Part shown: piece by piece, positions 26,046-35,594 of the stretch
How the letters are laid out: the number at the start of each line of letters is the position of its first letter
How positions within the stretch are numbered: the first letter of the stretch is position 1
Source: Candidatus Nomurabacteria bacterium
GTDB taxonomy: Bacteria; Patescibacteriota; Patescibacteriia; UBA1558; GWA2-36-10
Length of the DNA stretch: 64,000 nucleotides
Reading direction: 5' to 3'
Assembly: GCA_020632415.1 (NCBI GenBank)
Contig: JACKFO010000002.1
Location: 386,732 to 450,731 of the forward strand
Program-made: the position numbers and the translations under genes
Notes under the pieces: model-generated
Database searches by the model: none
Told to the model about the DNA's origin: nothing
What the model saw: the letters and a program-made list of their open reading frames with translations, nothing else

Positions 26046-28850
26046 TTATTTTTTCTTATTTCCTTCCTTTTCTACCTCTGCAATCTGCTCCTTAGTAGCT
26101 AATGGTACTTGAAATTTAAAAGTACTTCCTTTGTCCTTACCTTCACTCTCTACCCAAATTTGACCATTGTGCTCTTTGATAATCTTTTGAGCGATAAATA
26201 ATCCTAAGCCAGATCCGCCGGTATTAATCTGTGCTGCACCATCACCACGTACAAATTTTCTAAATAAAGCCCGGGCATCTGCCGGCTCAATGCCAACACC
26301 AGTATCTGTACTGCTAAACTCCAAGACGCCATCCTTAACCTCTGTCCTGACTTTTATACTACCCTGCGGTGTATATTTGATAGCATTATCAACTAAGTTC
26401 AAAACAACTTCTCTTAATTTATCCCCATCAGCATAAATTAAAGGCAAATCATTTTTTTCATCTACGTAGCTCAAATCAATTCCTTTGTTTTGAGCAGAAC
26501 TAGCTAACTCAGTAAGCACACTGGCAATTAAAGTACTGATTTGCATCGGTTTTTTTTCTAACTTTAAACGGCCAGCTTCAATTCGAGAAACATTTAAGAA
26601 AACATTAATCGTTCGAGCAAGTCGAGAAGCACTCTCAAATAAATTTTCAATCAACTTGCTAATTTTTTCTGGCAAAGGCCCAAAGTCTCCTTCCATCATC
26701 ATGGATAAATATCCTTTCAAAGCCGACACAGGGGTACGTAATTGGTGAGAGGCAATCGACAAAAATTCAGACTTTGCTTTATCTAGAGCTTTCAAATGCA
26801 AATTAGCCTCATTTAAATCATAATTTACTTTTTGTAAATTTTCGTATAAAGCCAAGTTTCGAGAAACTATTCCAACTTGACTGGTCAAAGAAGTCATCAT
26901 CTCAATATCCAAGGGGGTAATTTTTTCACGCTCTATAGCCAACAAAAAGTGAACCACGCCAATGATTCGATCTTCAGAAAATATCGGCACACCAACTACA
27001 GTTTTAACACCTAATTTTTCTTGAATAATATTAATCACATTTTTCTCAACTGGGGGCGAGAAAAAATCACTCATTTGATGTGAAAAATTTATTTTTGCGG
27101 TCAAAACTGTATCCACACCATAATTATAACCCTCTGTTAACTCTGCTTCATAATGAAAAATGTCTTCTGGTAATAACTCAATATTTTCCTTAGCTTGTTT
27201 ATTTTTAGTAACCGCTTTAACGCGTAATTTATGATCACCGTTGACAAAACTCAAAACTCCGCCAATGTATCCTAACTCCGCAGCAATGCTATCAGCGATC
27301 ATTTGCGTCACCTTTTTTAGATCCAAAGTACGACTAACCATGTTGATGATCACCTGCATTGTGGTCAAATAACGGTTTCTTTCTTCTAAATTTAAATTTG
27401 CTTGCTTCAAACTTTCGGTTTTTTCATCAACTTTTTTCTGCAAATCACGGTTTAATTCTTGCACTTCTTCGTATAGCTTTGATTTCTCAATCGCCGTCGC
27501 AATTTGTGGAGCTAAAACTTTGAAAAAATCAATATCATCTGTTCCAAAAATATCTCCGGATAATTTATTTGACAAAACAAACAAGGCGTTAGTTCGGCCA
27601 TTTTCCACGATCGGGATAGCCATTTCTGCGCCAATATTTTCAAACTCTTGAATGATCTTTTCTGTACTTTGTTTTATTTTTTCATCTTTTTTTTCATCCA
27701 AGCTTCTGACCAATTCCTCAGTGATCACTAAGTCTTGATTGTGATCAAAGTATTCAACTACTTTTTCAGTTAATTTTAAAGTATTATTTTTTTCTTGCGA
27801 ACTGGTCGTCAACATAAAATAACCATTCTGCGGCATGAAAACTTTAATTTTTTTGATCTTCAATTGCTTGGTTAAAGAAATAACTAAACTGTGCAAAAGA
27901 TCTTCTAGATCGATTTCACGAGCAACAATTAAGCTGGCTTCTCGCAAAACCGCAGAATAATTAATTTTGTCTTTATAAAAAATTTGATCGGTAACCTTAG
28001 CCCAGACTCTTTTGATTGGGTCTAAAAAAACAACAATTAAAATAGAGCTCAAAACTGTACTAATAATTCGACCATTACGCGTGTCGCCGCCAATTCTTGG
28101 TGCTAACCAAAAAATAGAAAAGGCAAAAAAACTAGCTACTGTACCAACCAAAACAGTATAGAGAATACTTCGAGTGATTATTAATTTAATATTCATCAAA
28201 CGATACCTCACTATTGCATATGTAATAGATATAATATACAAACCAACCAAATAATTCCCAACTGGATACACTTGAGAAAATTGTGGTAAAAAATTAAATA
28301 CTCCACCACCAAAACCAAAAAAAGCGGAATACAAAACGTATCTTATTTGCTGTTTCTTCATTCCGTACTCCTGATTCCCTATTTTTATTAATATAAAAAT
28401 TGAAAGACAAGCTAAAAATAAAAAAAATAATGGAAACAAAAAATAAATTGGACCGGGCTTTATCCAAAATTTAAAATTAAAAACGGACTCTAGCCCACTT
28501 TTAAAAAGTGTAGAGAAACTCAAAGCCGACAAAAAAAATGCAAAATAATACCCAAATCGAAGAAATTTCTTTAATTGATTTTGCTTATTAGTTAAATTAA
28601 TTACAAAATGAAAAAATAGTATTGGTATAAATATACCAGAAATATCTAATACTACTTGAGAAAAATAAGCCAGCTTGAAATTATCAAAATAAGTAACGCC
28701 GGCCAACCCAAGACTCCATAAAGCAGTAACAAAACTAACACTAGCCCATATTTGATTCAATTTAAATTTATTTTTTCTAAAAAAAACAAAACTAGCTAGT
28801 CCTAAGCTTAAAATTCCCGTTATTAAACTAGATAAAGAAAAAGCGCTCAT
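26046..28850 (-). CDS. Sensor histidine kinase with N-terminal multi-TM (HisKA_7TM-like) domain, GAF domains, HisKA and HATPase_c
   Basis: About 7 N-terminal TM helices; H-box SHQLRTPVSALKGY; N-box VLNLVDNAIKYTP; G1 DTGVGI; G2 GGSGLGLFIAQK; 934 aa. No response regulator in the window. Confidence 0.85.
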   Translation of the reverse strand: MSAFSLSSLITGILSLGLASFVFFRKNKFKLNQIWASVSFVTALWSLGLAGVTYFDNFKLAYFSQVVLDISGIFIPILFFHFVINLTNKQNQLKKFLRFGYYFAFFLSALSFSTLFKSGLESVFNFKFWIKPGPIYFLFPLFFLFLACLSIFILIKIGNQEYGMKKQQIRYVLYSAFFGFGGGVFNFLPQFSQVYPVGNYLVGLYIISITYAIVRYRLMNIKLIITRSILYTVLVGTVASFFAFSIFWLAPRIGGDTRNGRIISTVLSSILIVVFLDPIKRVWAKVTDQIFYKDKINYSAVLREASLIVAREIDLEDLLHSLVISLTKQLKIKKIKVFMPQNGYFMLTTSSQEKNNTLKLTEKVVEYFDHNQDLVITEELVRSLDEKKDEKIKQSTEKIIQEFENIGAEMAIPIVENGRTNALFVLSNKLSGDIFGTDDIDFFKVLAPQIATAIEKSKLYEEVQELNRDLQKKVDEKTESLKQANLNLEERNRYLTTMQVIINMVSRTLDLKKVTQMIADSIAAELGYIGGVLSFVNGDHKLRVKAVTKNKQAKENIELLPEDIFHYEAELTEGYNYGVDTVLTAKINFSHQMSDFFSPPVEKNVINIIQEKLGVKTVVGVPIFSEDRIIGVVHFLLAIEREKITPLDIEMMTSLTSQVGIVSRNLALYENLQKVNYDLNEANLHLKALDKAKSEFLSIASHQLRTPVSALKGYLSMMMEGDFGPLPEKISKLIENLFESASRLARTINVFLNVSRIEAGRLKLEKKPMQISTLIASVLTELASSAQNKGIDLSYVDEKNDLPLIYADGDKLREVVLNLVDNAIKYTPQGSIKVRTEVKDGVLEFSSTDTGVGIEPADARALFRKFVRGDGAAQINTGGSGLGLFIAQKIIKEHNGQIWVESEGKDKGSTFKFQVPLATKEQIAEVEKEGNKKK

Positions 28851-28854
28851 TGTT

Positions 28855-29553
28855 TTATGTAAAATTTAATATCCTCCATTTACGATTAATTGATACAGAT
28901 AACATCTTTTTTTTAGGATTCACAACTATGGGAATATCAGCCCAATTTAAAAGCTCAAAATCCGAATAATGATCAGAATAAACATGCACTAAAGGCCTAT
29001 GCTTAAATCGAAAATTATTATGCAAAAATTTACCAGCCGCCAACATTTTATCTCCACCATTCAAAACAACGCTTTTTAATTCCCCTGAATAAACATTGTT
29101 TTTAATATCTAAAACAGTCGAAATATAAAAATCAATATGTAAAAATCTACAAAATTGCTCAGCTATAGGATGTATTACATTTGATATAAGAACAATAATA
29201 TCGCCCTGTTGCTTGTACTTATTTATTAATAAAATAGCATCTTGAAATAAGTCATTTTTTATCTCAGCAAAAAAAAATTTATTCATCAAACTATACACCT
29301 CGCAATCATTCCACCCAGCAAAAATGCTGGCTAAATACTTTAAGCCAAACTCAATATTCTTTATTACTCCTATTTTATATAAAAAAAACCAAAAGAAAAC
29401 CAATGGCAAAGACATAAAGTGAATATAACCATTTTTATAAAGATATATGATTAATTTTTTTTGTGTATACCCATTAACAATAGTATTATCTATGTCAAAA
29501 AAAATAACTTTTTTCTTACCATTAATAATCATAAGTCTGTCCACATAAACCAC
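28855..29553 (-). CDS. HAD-superfamily (subfamily IB-like) phosphatase
   Basis: FFDIDNTIV DxD motif at the N-terminus; 232 aa; overlaps plsC by 32 nt. Confidence 0.55.
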   Translation of the reverse strand: MVYVDRLMIINGKKKVIFFDIDNTIVNGYTQKKLIIYLYKNGYIHFMSLPLVFFWFFLYKIGVIKNIEFGLKYLASIFAGWNDCEVYSLMNKFFFAEIKNDLFQDAILLINKYKQQGDIIVLISNVIHPIAEQFCRFLHIDFYISTVLDIKNNVYSGELKSVVLNGGDKMLAAGKFLHNNFRFKHRPLVHVYSDHYSDFELLNWADIPIVVNPKKKMLSVSINRKWRILNFT

Positions 29554-30115
29554 TGATTGTCTTCATAATCTTTATGGTTTCTTTATTAAAATCTTGACTC
29601 CTTACAAAAAAAACTTTCCCTATATTAATCTTACATTTTTTAAATTTTGGAAATCTATTTTCCGGTGGCCAAGCCAAAAAAGTTCCCTCAATGCCTATTG
29701 GTAGAACAGGAATGTTGTATTCATGTGCGAATTTTGCCACCCCACTATAAGCCTTACCAATACAACCATTCCTAGATCGAGTTCCTTCTGGAAAAATTCC
29801 TAGGACCCCCCCACTTCTCAATACATCGCCAACCTTTACATAAACATCGTTTTTATTATGAGAATTTCTATCAACTTTAATCTGCCCAGTCATTTCCATA
29901 ATTGGCTTCCATATTTTACTCGAAAAAAATTTTTCCGCGGCTAAAAATGATATTCTTCTAGGAAATAAAATAAATAAAATAATAAAATCTAAATAACTGT
30001 TATGGTTAGCGGCTAAAATAAAATTACCATCCGGAATATTGTTTTGGTTATTTATTTTTACTCGCCATAATAGCTTAATTGGTAAGTAAAATAAAAATCT
30101 TAATAAAAAATACAT
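29522..30115 (-). CDS. plsC: 1-acyl-sn-glycerol-3-phosphate acyltransferase (LPLAT/PlsC family)
   Basis: NHNSYLD (HxxxxD) and FPEGTRS motifs; 197 aa. Confidence 0.75.
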   Translation of the reverse strand: MYFLLRFLFYLPIKLLWRVKINNQNNIPDGNFILAANHNSYLDFIILFILFPRRISFLAAEKFFSSKIWKPIMEMTGQIKVDRNSHNKNDVYVKVGDVLRSGGVLGIFPEGTRSRNGCIGKAYSGVAKFAHEYNIPVLPIGIEGTFLAWPPENRFPKFKKCKINIGKVFFVRSQDFNKETIKIMKTISGLCGQTYDY

Positions 30116-31830
30116 TATGTTATAAATTTCTCTTTAATCCTCGCTCTTCTTAACTTTAAAGTCGGTGTTAATAAGCCATTTTCTTGTGAGAATTCTTGTT
30201 CTAATAACTTAAAATTATTCACCCTCTCTAAATGCGACCAATCTTTTAATTTTTCAGACAAAACATCAGAGTAAAGTTCTAAAACCTTTGTGTTATGTAA
30301 AATATCTGGAAATGAATAATTAAGATCATGCTCATTACACCAAATTTCTAATTCTTGAAAATCCGGTACAATTAACGCCGCGATATTTTTTTGCTTATCT
30401 CCATAAACAAAGCTTTGGGAAATAAGCTTACTCTCATTTAGCGTATTTTCAATTGGTTCTGGAAAAATATTTTTACCAGTAGAAAGAACAATCATATCTT
30501 TCGCTCTACCGATAATCGTTAAAAAACCATCTGCGTCTAAAAAACCAAGATCTCCAGTATGAAACCAAGCATCATTGTCGATCGCTCGCGCACTTTGTTC
30601 CTTATTATTATAGTATCCTTTCATCAAATTGTCACCTTTGACTAAAATCTCTTTATCTTCACCAATTTTTAATTGATTACAACTCAAAACTTTTCCTACA
30701 GTTCCAAATTTGTAATTCTTTAGTTGATTCACTGCGATAATTGGAGATGTTTCGGTTAAGCCATAGCCTTCGATTATTTGAATTCCAATATTAGCAAAAA
30801 ATTTAGCAATTGCGGGATTCAAAGAAGCACCACCAGAAATAGCCATTCGTAGATTACCGCCTAAAATTTTTCTTAATTTTTTAATAACCAATTTATCCAA
30901 GAAGAATAAACTAATTTTCTCTTTAAATTTTAATTTTCGCTGTTTTTTATACTTTGATAAATTAAGAGCTTGAAAAAATAAATGTTTCTTAAAATCCCCT
31001 CCAGCTCTAACTTGATCAAAAATTTTATCATAAATTTTTTCAAAAATACGCGGCACAGCATTAAGTACTGTCGGCTGAGCTAACTGAATATCTTCCACAA
31101 TTGTTTTGCTGTTACGAGCAAAATAAATACTGGCACCAGAAAATATTGGCGCGTAATACCCGGCACATCTTTCAAAAGCGTGAGAAAGCGGCATAAAAGA
31201 AAAAAACCTATCACGATTAGTAATATCAATCACGGCTTTGGCCGACATAACATTGGTGATTAAATTTTTATGGCTAAGCATCACTCCTTTTGGATCACCG
31301 GTGGTCCCAGAAGTGTAAATAATCGTATGCAAATCATTGTCATCAACAACTATTTTTTCCAAAACATCATAACTATTTTTGACAGGCATTTTCGGCCACA
31401 ACTTAATTACTTGATTTAACTCTTTGCAATCTCCAACAACTACGATATTTTTAAAAGAAAATTTTAACCAAATATCTTTAAATTTATTAAAATATTCTTC
31501 CTGAATAACTAAATAATCAACGTTAGCATGACTAAGTATTTGCTCAAGTTGCAAGCTATTATAAGTCAAATGTAACGGCACCAAGATCAAACCCAAACTA
31601 GCCAAAGCTAGGTCACTGACAATCCATTCCGGACCATTGCTCAACATTACAGCAACTTTTTCTTGTTTCTGCCAATTCCAAGCATGTAAATTGCTCACCA
31701 AGATTTTTCTTTGTTGATTAAGTTTTTGATAAGTAATTTTGTGATACTTTCCGCCAGAAAAATAAGCCAAAGCAATATTTTTAGGATACATTTTAGCTAT
31801 AGACTCAAATTTTGTAGCAATCGTGAACAT
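30115..31830 (-). CDS. Long-chain-fatty-acid--CoA ligase (AMP-dependent synthetase)
   Basis: AMP-binding motif IIYTSGTTGDPKGVMLSHKNL; 571 aa. Confidence 0.8.
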   Translation of the reverse strand: MFTIATKFESIAKMYPKNIALAYFSGGKYHKITYQKLNQQRKILVSNLHAWNWQKQEKVAVMLSNGPEWIVSDLALASLGLILVPLHLTYNSLQLEQILSHANVDYLVIQEEYFNKFKDIWLKFSFKNIVVVGDCKELNQVIKLWPKMPVKNSYDVLEKIVVDDNDLHTIIYTSGTTGDPKGVMLSHKNLITNVMSAKAVIDITNRDRFFSFMPLSHAFERCAGYYAPIFSGASIYFARNSKTIVEDIQLAQPTVLNAVPRIFEKIYDKIFDQVRAGGDFKKHLFFQALNLSKYKKQRKLKFKEKISLFFLDKLVIKKLRKILGGNLRMAISGGASLNPAIAKFFANIGIQIIEGYGLTETSPIIAVNQLKNYKFGTVGKVLSCNQLKIGEDKEILVKGDNLMKGYYNNKEQSARAIDNDAWFHTGDLGFLDADGFLTIIGRAKDMIVLSTGKNIFPEPIENTLNESKLISQSFVYGDKQKNIAALIVPDFQELEIWCNEHDLNYSFPDILHNTKVLELYSDVLSEKLKDWSHLERVNNFKLLEQEFSQENGLLTPTLKLRRARIKEKFIT

Positions 31831-31834
31831 AAAA

Positions 31835-32632
31835 TCAATGTTTCTTAATAAATTCTAATGTTTTTGAAAAAATAAAATCTCTCCTGGTATTATCTACTAC
31901 GTTATGTTCGTCTTTATTTAAAATAAACAAATGTTTGTCTTTGGTATTTGACAACTCTCTAAATAAAAATTCAGAACTATAGGGATCGGAAACTAAATCG
32001 TCACGAGAGTGAATCACTAATACTGGAACAGAGACTTGGTTAATTTCTTTCTTAGTCTTCTGGTCAATGAAATCATAAAAATTAATAATGCTGTTAATTG
32101 GAATATGATTATGTCTTCCTTGATCACGAATATTTTCCTCCTCCTCTTCACTGAGCCAATATTTTTTGTAAGTCTTTTTAAAAATCTTGGCCAAAGGCAA
32201 TAAAAGTCTAATTCTTTTTTCATTGCGCATAAAAATCGGTAAGCCTAAAGAAATAACGCCAGTCACATCATCTTGATACTTTACCGATAAACTAAAAGCT
32301 AAATTTGAACCAAAAGAATAGCCAATAAAAAATATCTTTCGATACTTACCAATATTTCTAAGTAAACAATCCTCTACTGTTTTAAACCAATCTTCAGCAT
32401 TACTAGCTGCTAACCTTGCTGTACTTGAACCATGCCCTGCTAACAAAGGCACTTCAACATCCATCTTATTGATTGCCAAAAAATCTGCCAAAATCCAGAG
32501 ATCATAAGGTGTGCCAGTGAAACCGTGAACTAAAATCACCAAAGTATCATTGTTCTTTTTGATACTAAATGGCCAAGCTTTTTTTGTTACCCCCTCCAAT
32601 TCAACAAACTTTTTTTCTTGTTGTTCAATCAT
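31835..32632 (-). CDS. Alpha/beta-hydrolase (esterase/lipase-like)
   Basis: LVHGFTGTPYD and GxSxG (GYSFGSN) motifs; 265 aa. Confidence 0.6.
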   Translation of the reverse strand: MIEQQEKKFVELEGVTKKAWPFSIKKNNDTLVILVHGFTGTPYDLWILADFLAINKMDVEVPLLAGHGSSTARLAASNAEDWFKTVEDCLLRNIGKYRKIFFIGYSFGSNLAFSLSVKYQDDVTGVISLGLPIFMRNEKRIRLLLPLAKIFKKTYKKYWLSEEEEENIRDQGRHNHIPINSIINFYDFIDQKTKKEINQVSVPVLVIHSRDDLVSDPYSSEFLFRELSNTKDKHLFILNKDEHNVVDNTRRDFIFSKTLEFIKKH

Positions 32633-32641
32633 GATCTTATC

Positions 32642-33229
32642 TTAAGCTTTATATTTTTTTTGAAGAAAAATATGATAATCCTTATCTTTTTGAAGCTGCT
32701 GATCAATCAAAGACCTTAGCCAATCAGCCTTTGGCATACCTTCTGTTTGTGCACGCCAAGCTAAATAATCAGACATTTTTGGCGAAACACGTAAAGTGTA
32801 TTTAACGTTAATGATGTCTCTGCCGCTATCTTGATCTAATTTTTGCAAAAAATTTAACAAAATTTGATTAATATTTTTAATAGCGCAGGCTTTGATTTCT
32901 ACTTTATTTTTAAAATTTTTGTTATCACCCAAACTCTTCAAAGCTTTATTTTTTATTCCTTGTTGGTCAGTCAAAAATAAAACCGGCTTATTTTCTGAAA
33001 TTGCCAAAGCAACGAAATAGCTACTTTCCTCTGCTAAATTCTTCCCATAAATCACCAGGGCATCTGCCTGAGCCAAAGAGGCATCGCCGGGTTTGTTGGC
33101 ATTGAGATTACTAAAAGTTTCTACTTGCGCTTTACGCAAATATTGCAAAATAGCTCGACTGACTTCATTTTTTGCTTGACTATAAAAATAAACTACCATA
33201 TTATTTTTTAAAATTAACAAACTCATCAA
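32642..33229 (-). CDS. Hypothetical two-domain protein (flavodoxin-like N-domain; RHH-like C-terminal segment)
   Basis: No catalytic motif recognised; the C-terminal KMSDYLAWRAQTEGMPKADWLRSLIDQQL resembles a ribbon-helix-helix. Confidence 0.3.
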   Translation of the reverse strand: MMSLLILKNNMVVYFYSQAKNEVSRAILQYLRKAQVETFSNLNANKPGDASLAQADALVIYGKNLAEESSYFVALAISENKPVLFLTDQQGIKNKALKSLGDNKNFKNKVEIKACAIKNINQILLNFLQKLDQDSGRDIINVKYTLRVSPKMSDYLAWRAQTEGMPKADWLRSLIDQQLQKDKDYHIFLQKKYKA

Positions 33230-34190
33230 TTAAATTCGCTTTTAACATTTTTGGCCAATCACTCTCTGCGACATTTGCCATCAACCACAAAACTTTGGCA
33301 ATCACTGTTTCTTTGGTACAAGAACTGATGGTGCTAAAATCTTTTTCTTGTTGTAAATACTGAGGATGATAAAGAATCACTGTCTTTTCTAAAGATTTAA
33401 AATACTTAATCTGTTCAAGTGACAACTCTTCATCGTGTAAAAACACTAAAACAGCCTGATAATTTACAAAAGCTTCTTTGGGCCATAAATTTTTTTCCTG
33501 CAAATAATCATCAATAATACACAAACCTCGGGACAAATTCTGATATTTCTTGGTCAAATTTTTAGAATAAGCTAAATTATTTTTGTAACTAATCCCAAAA
33601 TCTATTTTAGCCAAATAATCGTCATCAACACTGCTCAATACATATTTTCCTTGTTGATACTCTAATTTTGCTTTGATGCCAGCAACCAAGCGACTGCCAA
33701 ACATCACCGCTACTTGTGCCAATTCTTCTCCTGCTACTTGCACAGCATTAATCAAATTGGATCTCAAACCCAAACCCCCTTGATTAGCAATCAGATCTTG
33801 CATGATTTCCTTTTTTTCTTTGGTATAAGCTCCGCTCATTTGTGAAGCGGTAACTACGATAGTTTTTTTAAAATTTTGCAATAAAAAATTCAAAACCGTA
33901 GCAGTCAAAATAGCTCTTTCTGCTTTGGTCACCACAACAAATCCGTCATAATCTGCTTCTTTTTTGATAATCAAGGTTGCTAATTTTTCCCATAAAGAAA
34001 AACTAAGCTGCGCTTCTTCATTGACCACAAACTCTGTTTCTACTGCTGACAAAATTCCTAATTCTGGCATAGTATTGAGCCATAAATCAACATCACCAGT
34101 GTTATTGACTGCCAACATATTTTTTGCCTTATCAACTGTCCAAGTACCACCGGCTAAGAGTAAACAAATTTTCTTCTTAGTTTTGGTCAT
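33201..34190 (-). CDS. L-asparaginase/GatD-family protein with degenerate second catalytic motif
   Basis: LLAGGTWT (compare TGGTIAG); YDGFVVVTKAERAILTATVLNFLLQNFKKTIVVTASQ aligns with AnsA [24 protein letters not shown]...VIVTGSQ, with HGTDT replaced by TKAER. Confidence 0.5.
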   Translation of the reverse strand: MTKTKKKICLLLAGGTWTVDKAKNMLAVNNTGDVDLWLNTMPELGILSAVETEFVVNEEAQLSFSLWEKLATLIIKKEADYDGFVVVTKAERAILTATVLNFLLQNFKKTIVVTASQMSGAYTKEKKEIMQDLIANQGGLGLRSNLINAVQVAGEELAQVAVMFGSRLVAGIKAKLEYQQGKYVLSSVDDDYLAKIDFGISYKNNLAYSKNLTKKYQNLSRGLCIIDDYLQEKNLWPKEAFVNYQAVLVFLHDEELSLEQIKYFKSLEKTVILYHPQYLQQEKDFSTISSCTKETVIAKVLWLMANVAESDWPKMLKANLIDEFVNFKK

Positions 34191-34891
34191 TACTGTTTAC
34201 GATTAAAGGCTACTAAATAAAATACAACTAAATTCATGGGTATAGTAAAGATTGGGCCAACCCAAATATATGAATGAATATCAAAATAATCTAAAAATAA
34301 ATCAAAGTACGCACCAACAACAAGGCCTATTAATATAGTAATAAATAAAAGCTTTGTCCCTAATTTAAAGTGAGATTCGATATTGACGTACTTAGACCAC
34401 AAAATATACAATGAATAACAAACCATGGCTATAAATAATAAACTATACAAAATATAAAAAGGCTTAAAATAAGTTACATAAACTTCGTGAGCATTATTAA
34501 TTCTACCAAAATCCAATATGTGAGTTTTCGTGTAAACAACAAAAGAAATAGCAATCGAAACTCCAATGATAATATTTCTATGAATTTTCTTTATTACTCT
34601 AGTTGGAAATGGAAAATAAAAAATGAAATAAAATAAAAATACAGATATAAACCAAGCAGAAAGATAAGAAGTTTGAAAGAAAAACTTAGAAACGGTCAGG
34701 TCAAAAAACGCTAAACTAACAAACAAACTAGTGCCCCAGCCAAAACAAGAAAGAGCCAACAAAGAGAAATAAAGATTAATTTTATTTTTTACACCTCTGC
34801 TCAAGATAAAAATGGCCATGCCCAAATTAATCAAAGCAGATATTAACAATAACCAATTTTTCCAACCCAAAGGTGATGTTAAAAAATCCAT
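34190..34891 (-). CDS. HisKA_7TM-like multi-pass membrane protein (no kinase domain), paralog a
   Basis: 233 aa, about 7 TM helices. The N-terminus (LISALINLGMAIFILSRGVKNKINLYFSL) is paralogous to the N-terminus of the 26046 histidine kinase and to the two neighbouring genes. Confidence 0.5.
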   Translation of the reverse strand: MDFLTSPLGWKNWLLLISALINLGMAIFILSRGVKNKINLYFSLLALSCFGWGTSLFVSLAFFDLTVSKFFFQTSYLSAWFISVFLFYFIFYFPFPTRVIKKIHRNIIIGVSIAISFVVYTKTHILDFGRINNAHEVYVTYFKPFYILYSLLFIAMVCYSLYILWSKYVNIESHFKLGTKLLFITILIGLVVGAYFDLFLDYFDIHSYIWVGPIFTIPMNLVVFYLVAFNRKQ

Positions 34892-34895
34892 ATGT

Positions 34896-35585
34896 TTAAT
34901 ATTCTAATTTCTTATCTTTTTTTAAAAATATTAAATAAAATGCTACAAAATTAATAGCCAAAGTAAATAGTGGACCTAAATAATAAAATCTAAATTCATC
35001 AAAATACATGGCGTACAAATTAAAATAGCTACCAGCAGCAACTCCGACTATCACCCCTAATAACACCAAGAATATTGATCTTTTAAAAATCTTATCTGCC
35101 TTCAGGTATTTTAACCATAAATGCACAATTGCTAGCAACATTAAAATACTTAAAACAATTGTAAAGATTAAGTAAGCGATCGGCTCATAAACAACCGTAT
35201 TTAAATAATTAATTTTAACGGATAAAGAAAATTTTTGGTAAAAAAATAAAAAATACAACGAAGCTACATAAAAAATAAAACTAAGAATCTTTTTAAAATA
35301 ATCATTTAAATTTACATTTTTAAAAGGAAAATGAATCGTAAAATAAAAAAGATTTAATACTACTAATAAAGATGCAAAATAAATAAAGCTAGCAGAAAAT
35401 CTGACAACTTCATAATTATTACTCAACCTAAACAATAATAAACCACCAGCCCACAAAATATTAAAAAAGGTCATCAAGGAAAAGTACTTATTTATTGGAT
35501 TTTTCCAACCGCGCCTAATAATTATAAGGCTCATTATCAAATTTAATATCGCTGCTAAAAATAAAAGTAAAGCTTTATAATCCAT
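34896..35585 (-). CDS. HisKA_7TM-like multi-pass membrane protein, paralog b
   Basis: 229 aa; LAAILNLIMSLIIIRRGWKNPINKYFSL shares the RG-KN-INxYFSL motif. Confidence 0.5.
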   Translation of the reverse strand: MDYKALLLFLAAILNLIMSLIIIRRGWKNPINKYFSLMTFFNILWAGGLLLFRLSNNYEVVRFSASFIYFASLLVVLNLFYFTIHFPFKNVNLNDYFKKILSFIFYVASLYFLFFYQKFSLSVKINYLNTVVYEPIAYLIFTIVLSILMLLAIVHLWLKYLKADKIFKRSIFLVLLGVIVGVAAGSYFNLYAMYFDEFRFYYLGPLFTLAINFVAFYLIFLKKDKKLEY

Positions 35586-35594
35586 ATAATTAAA

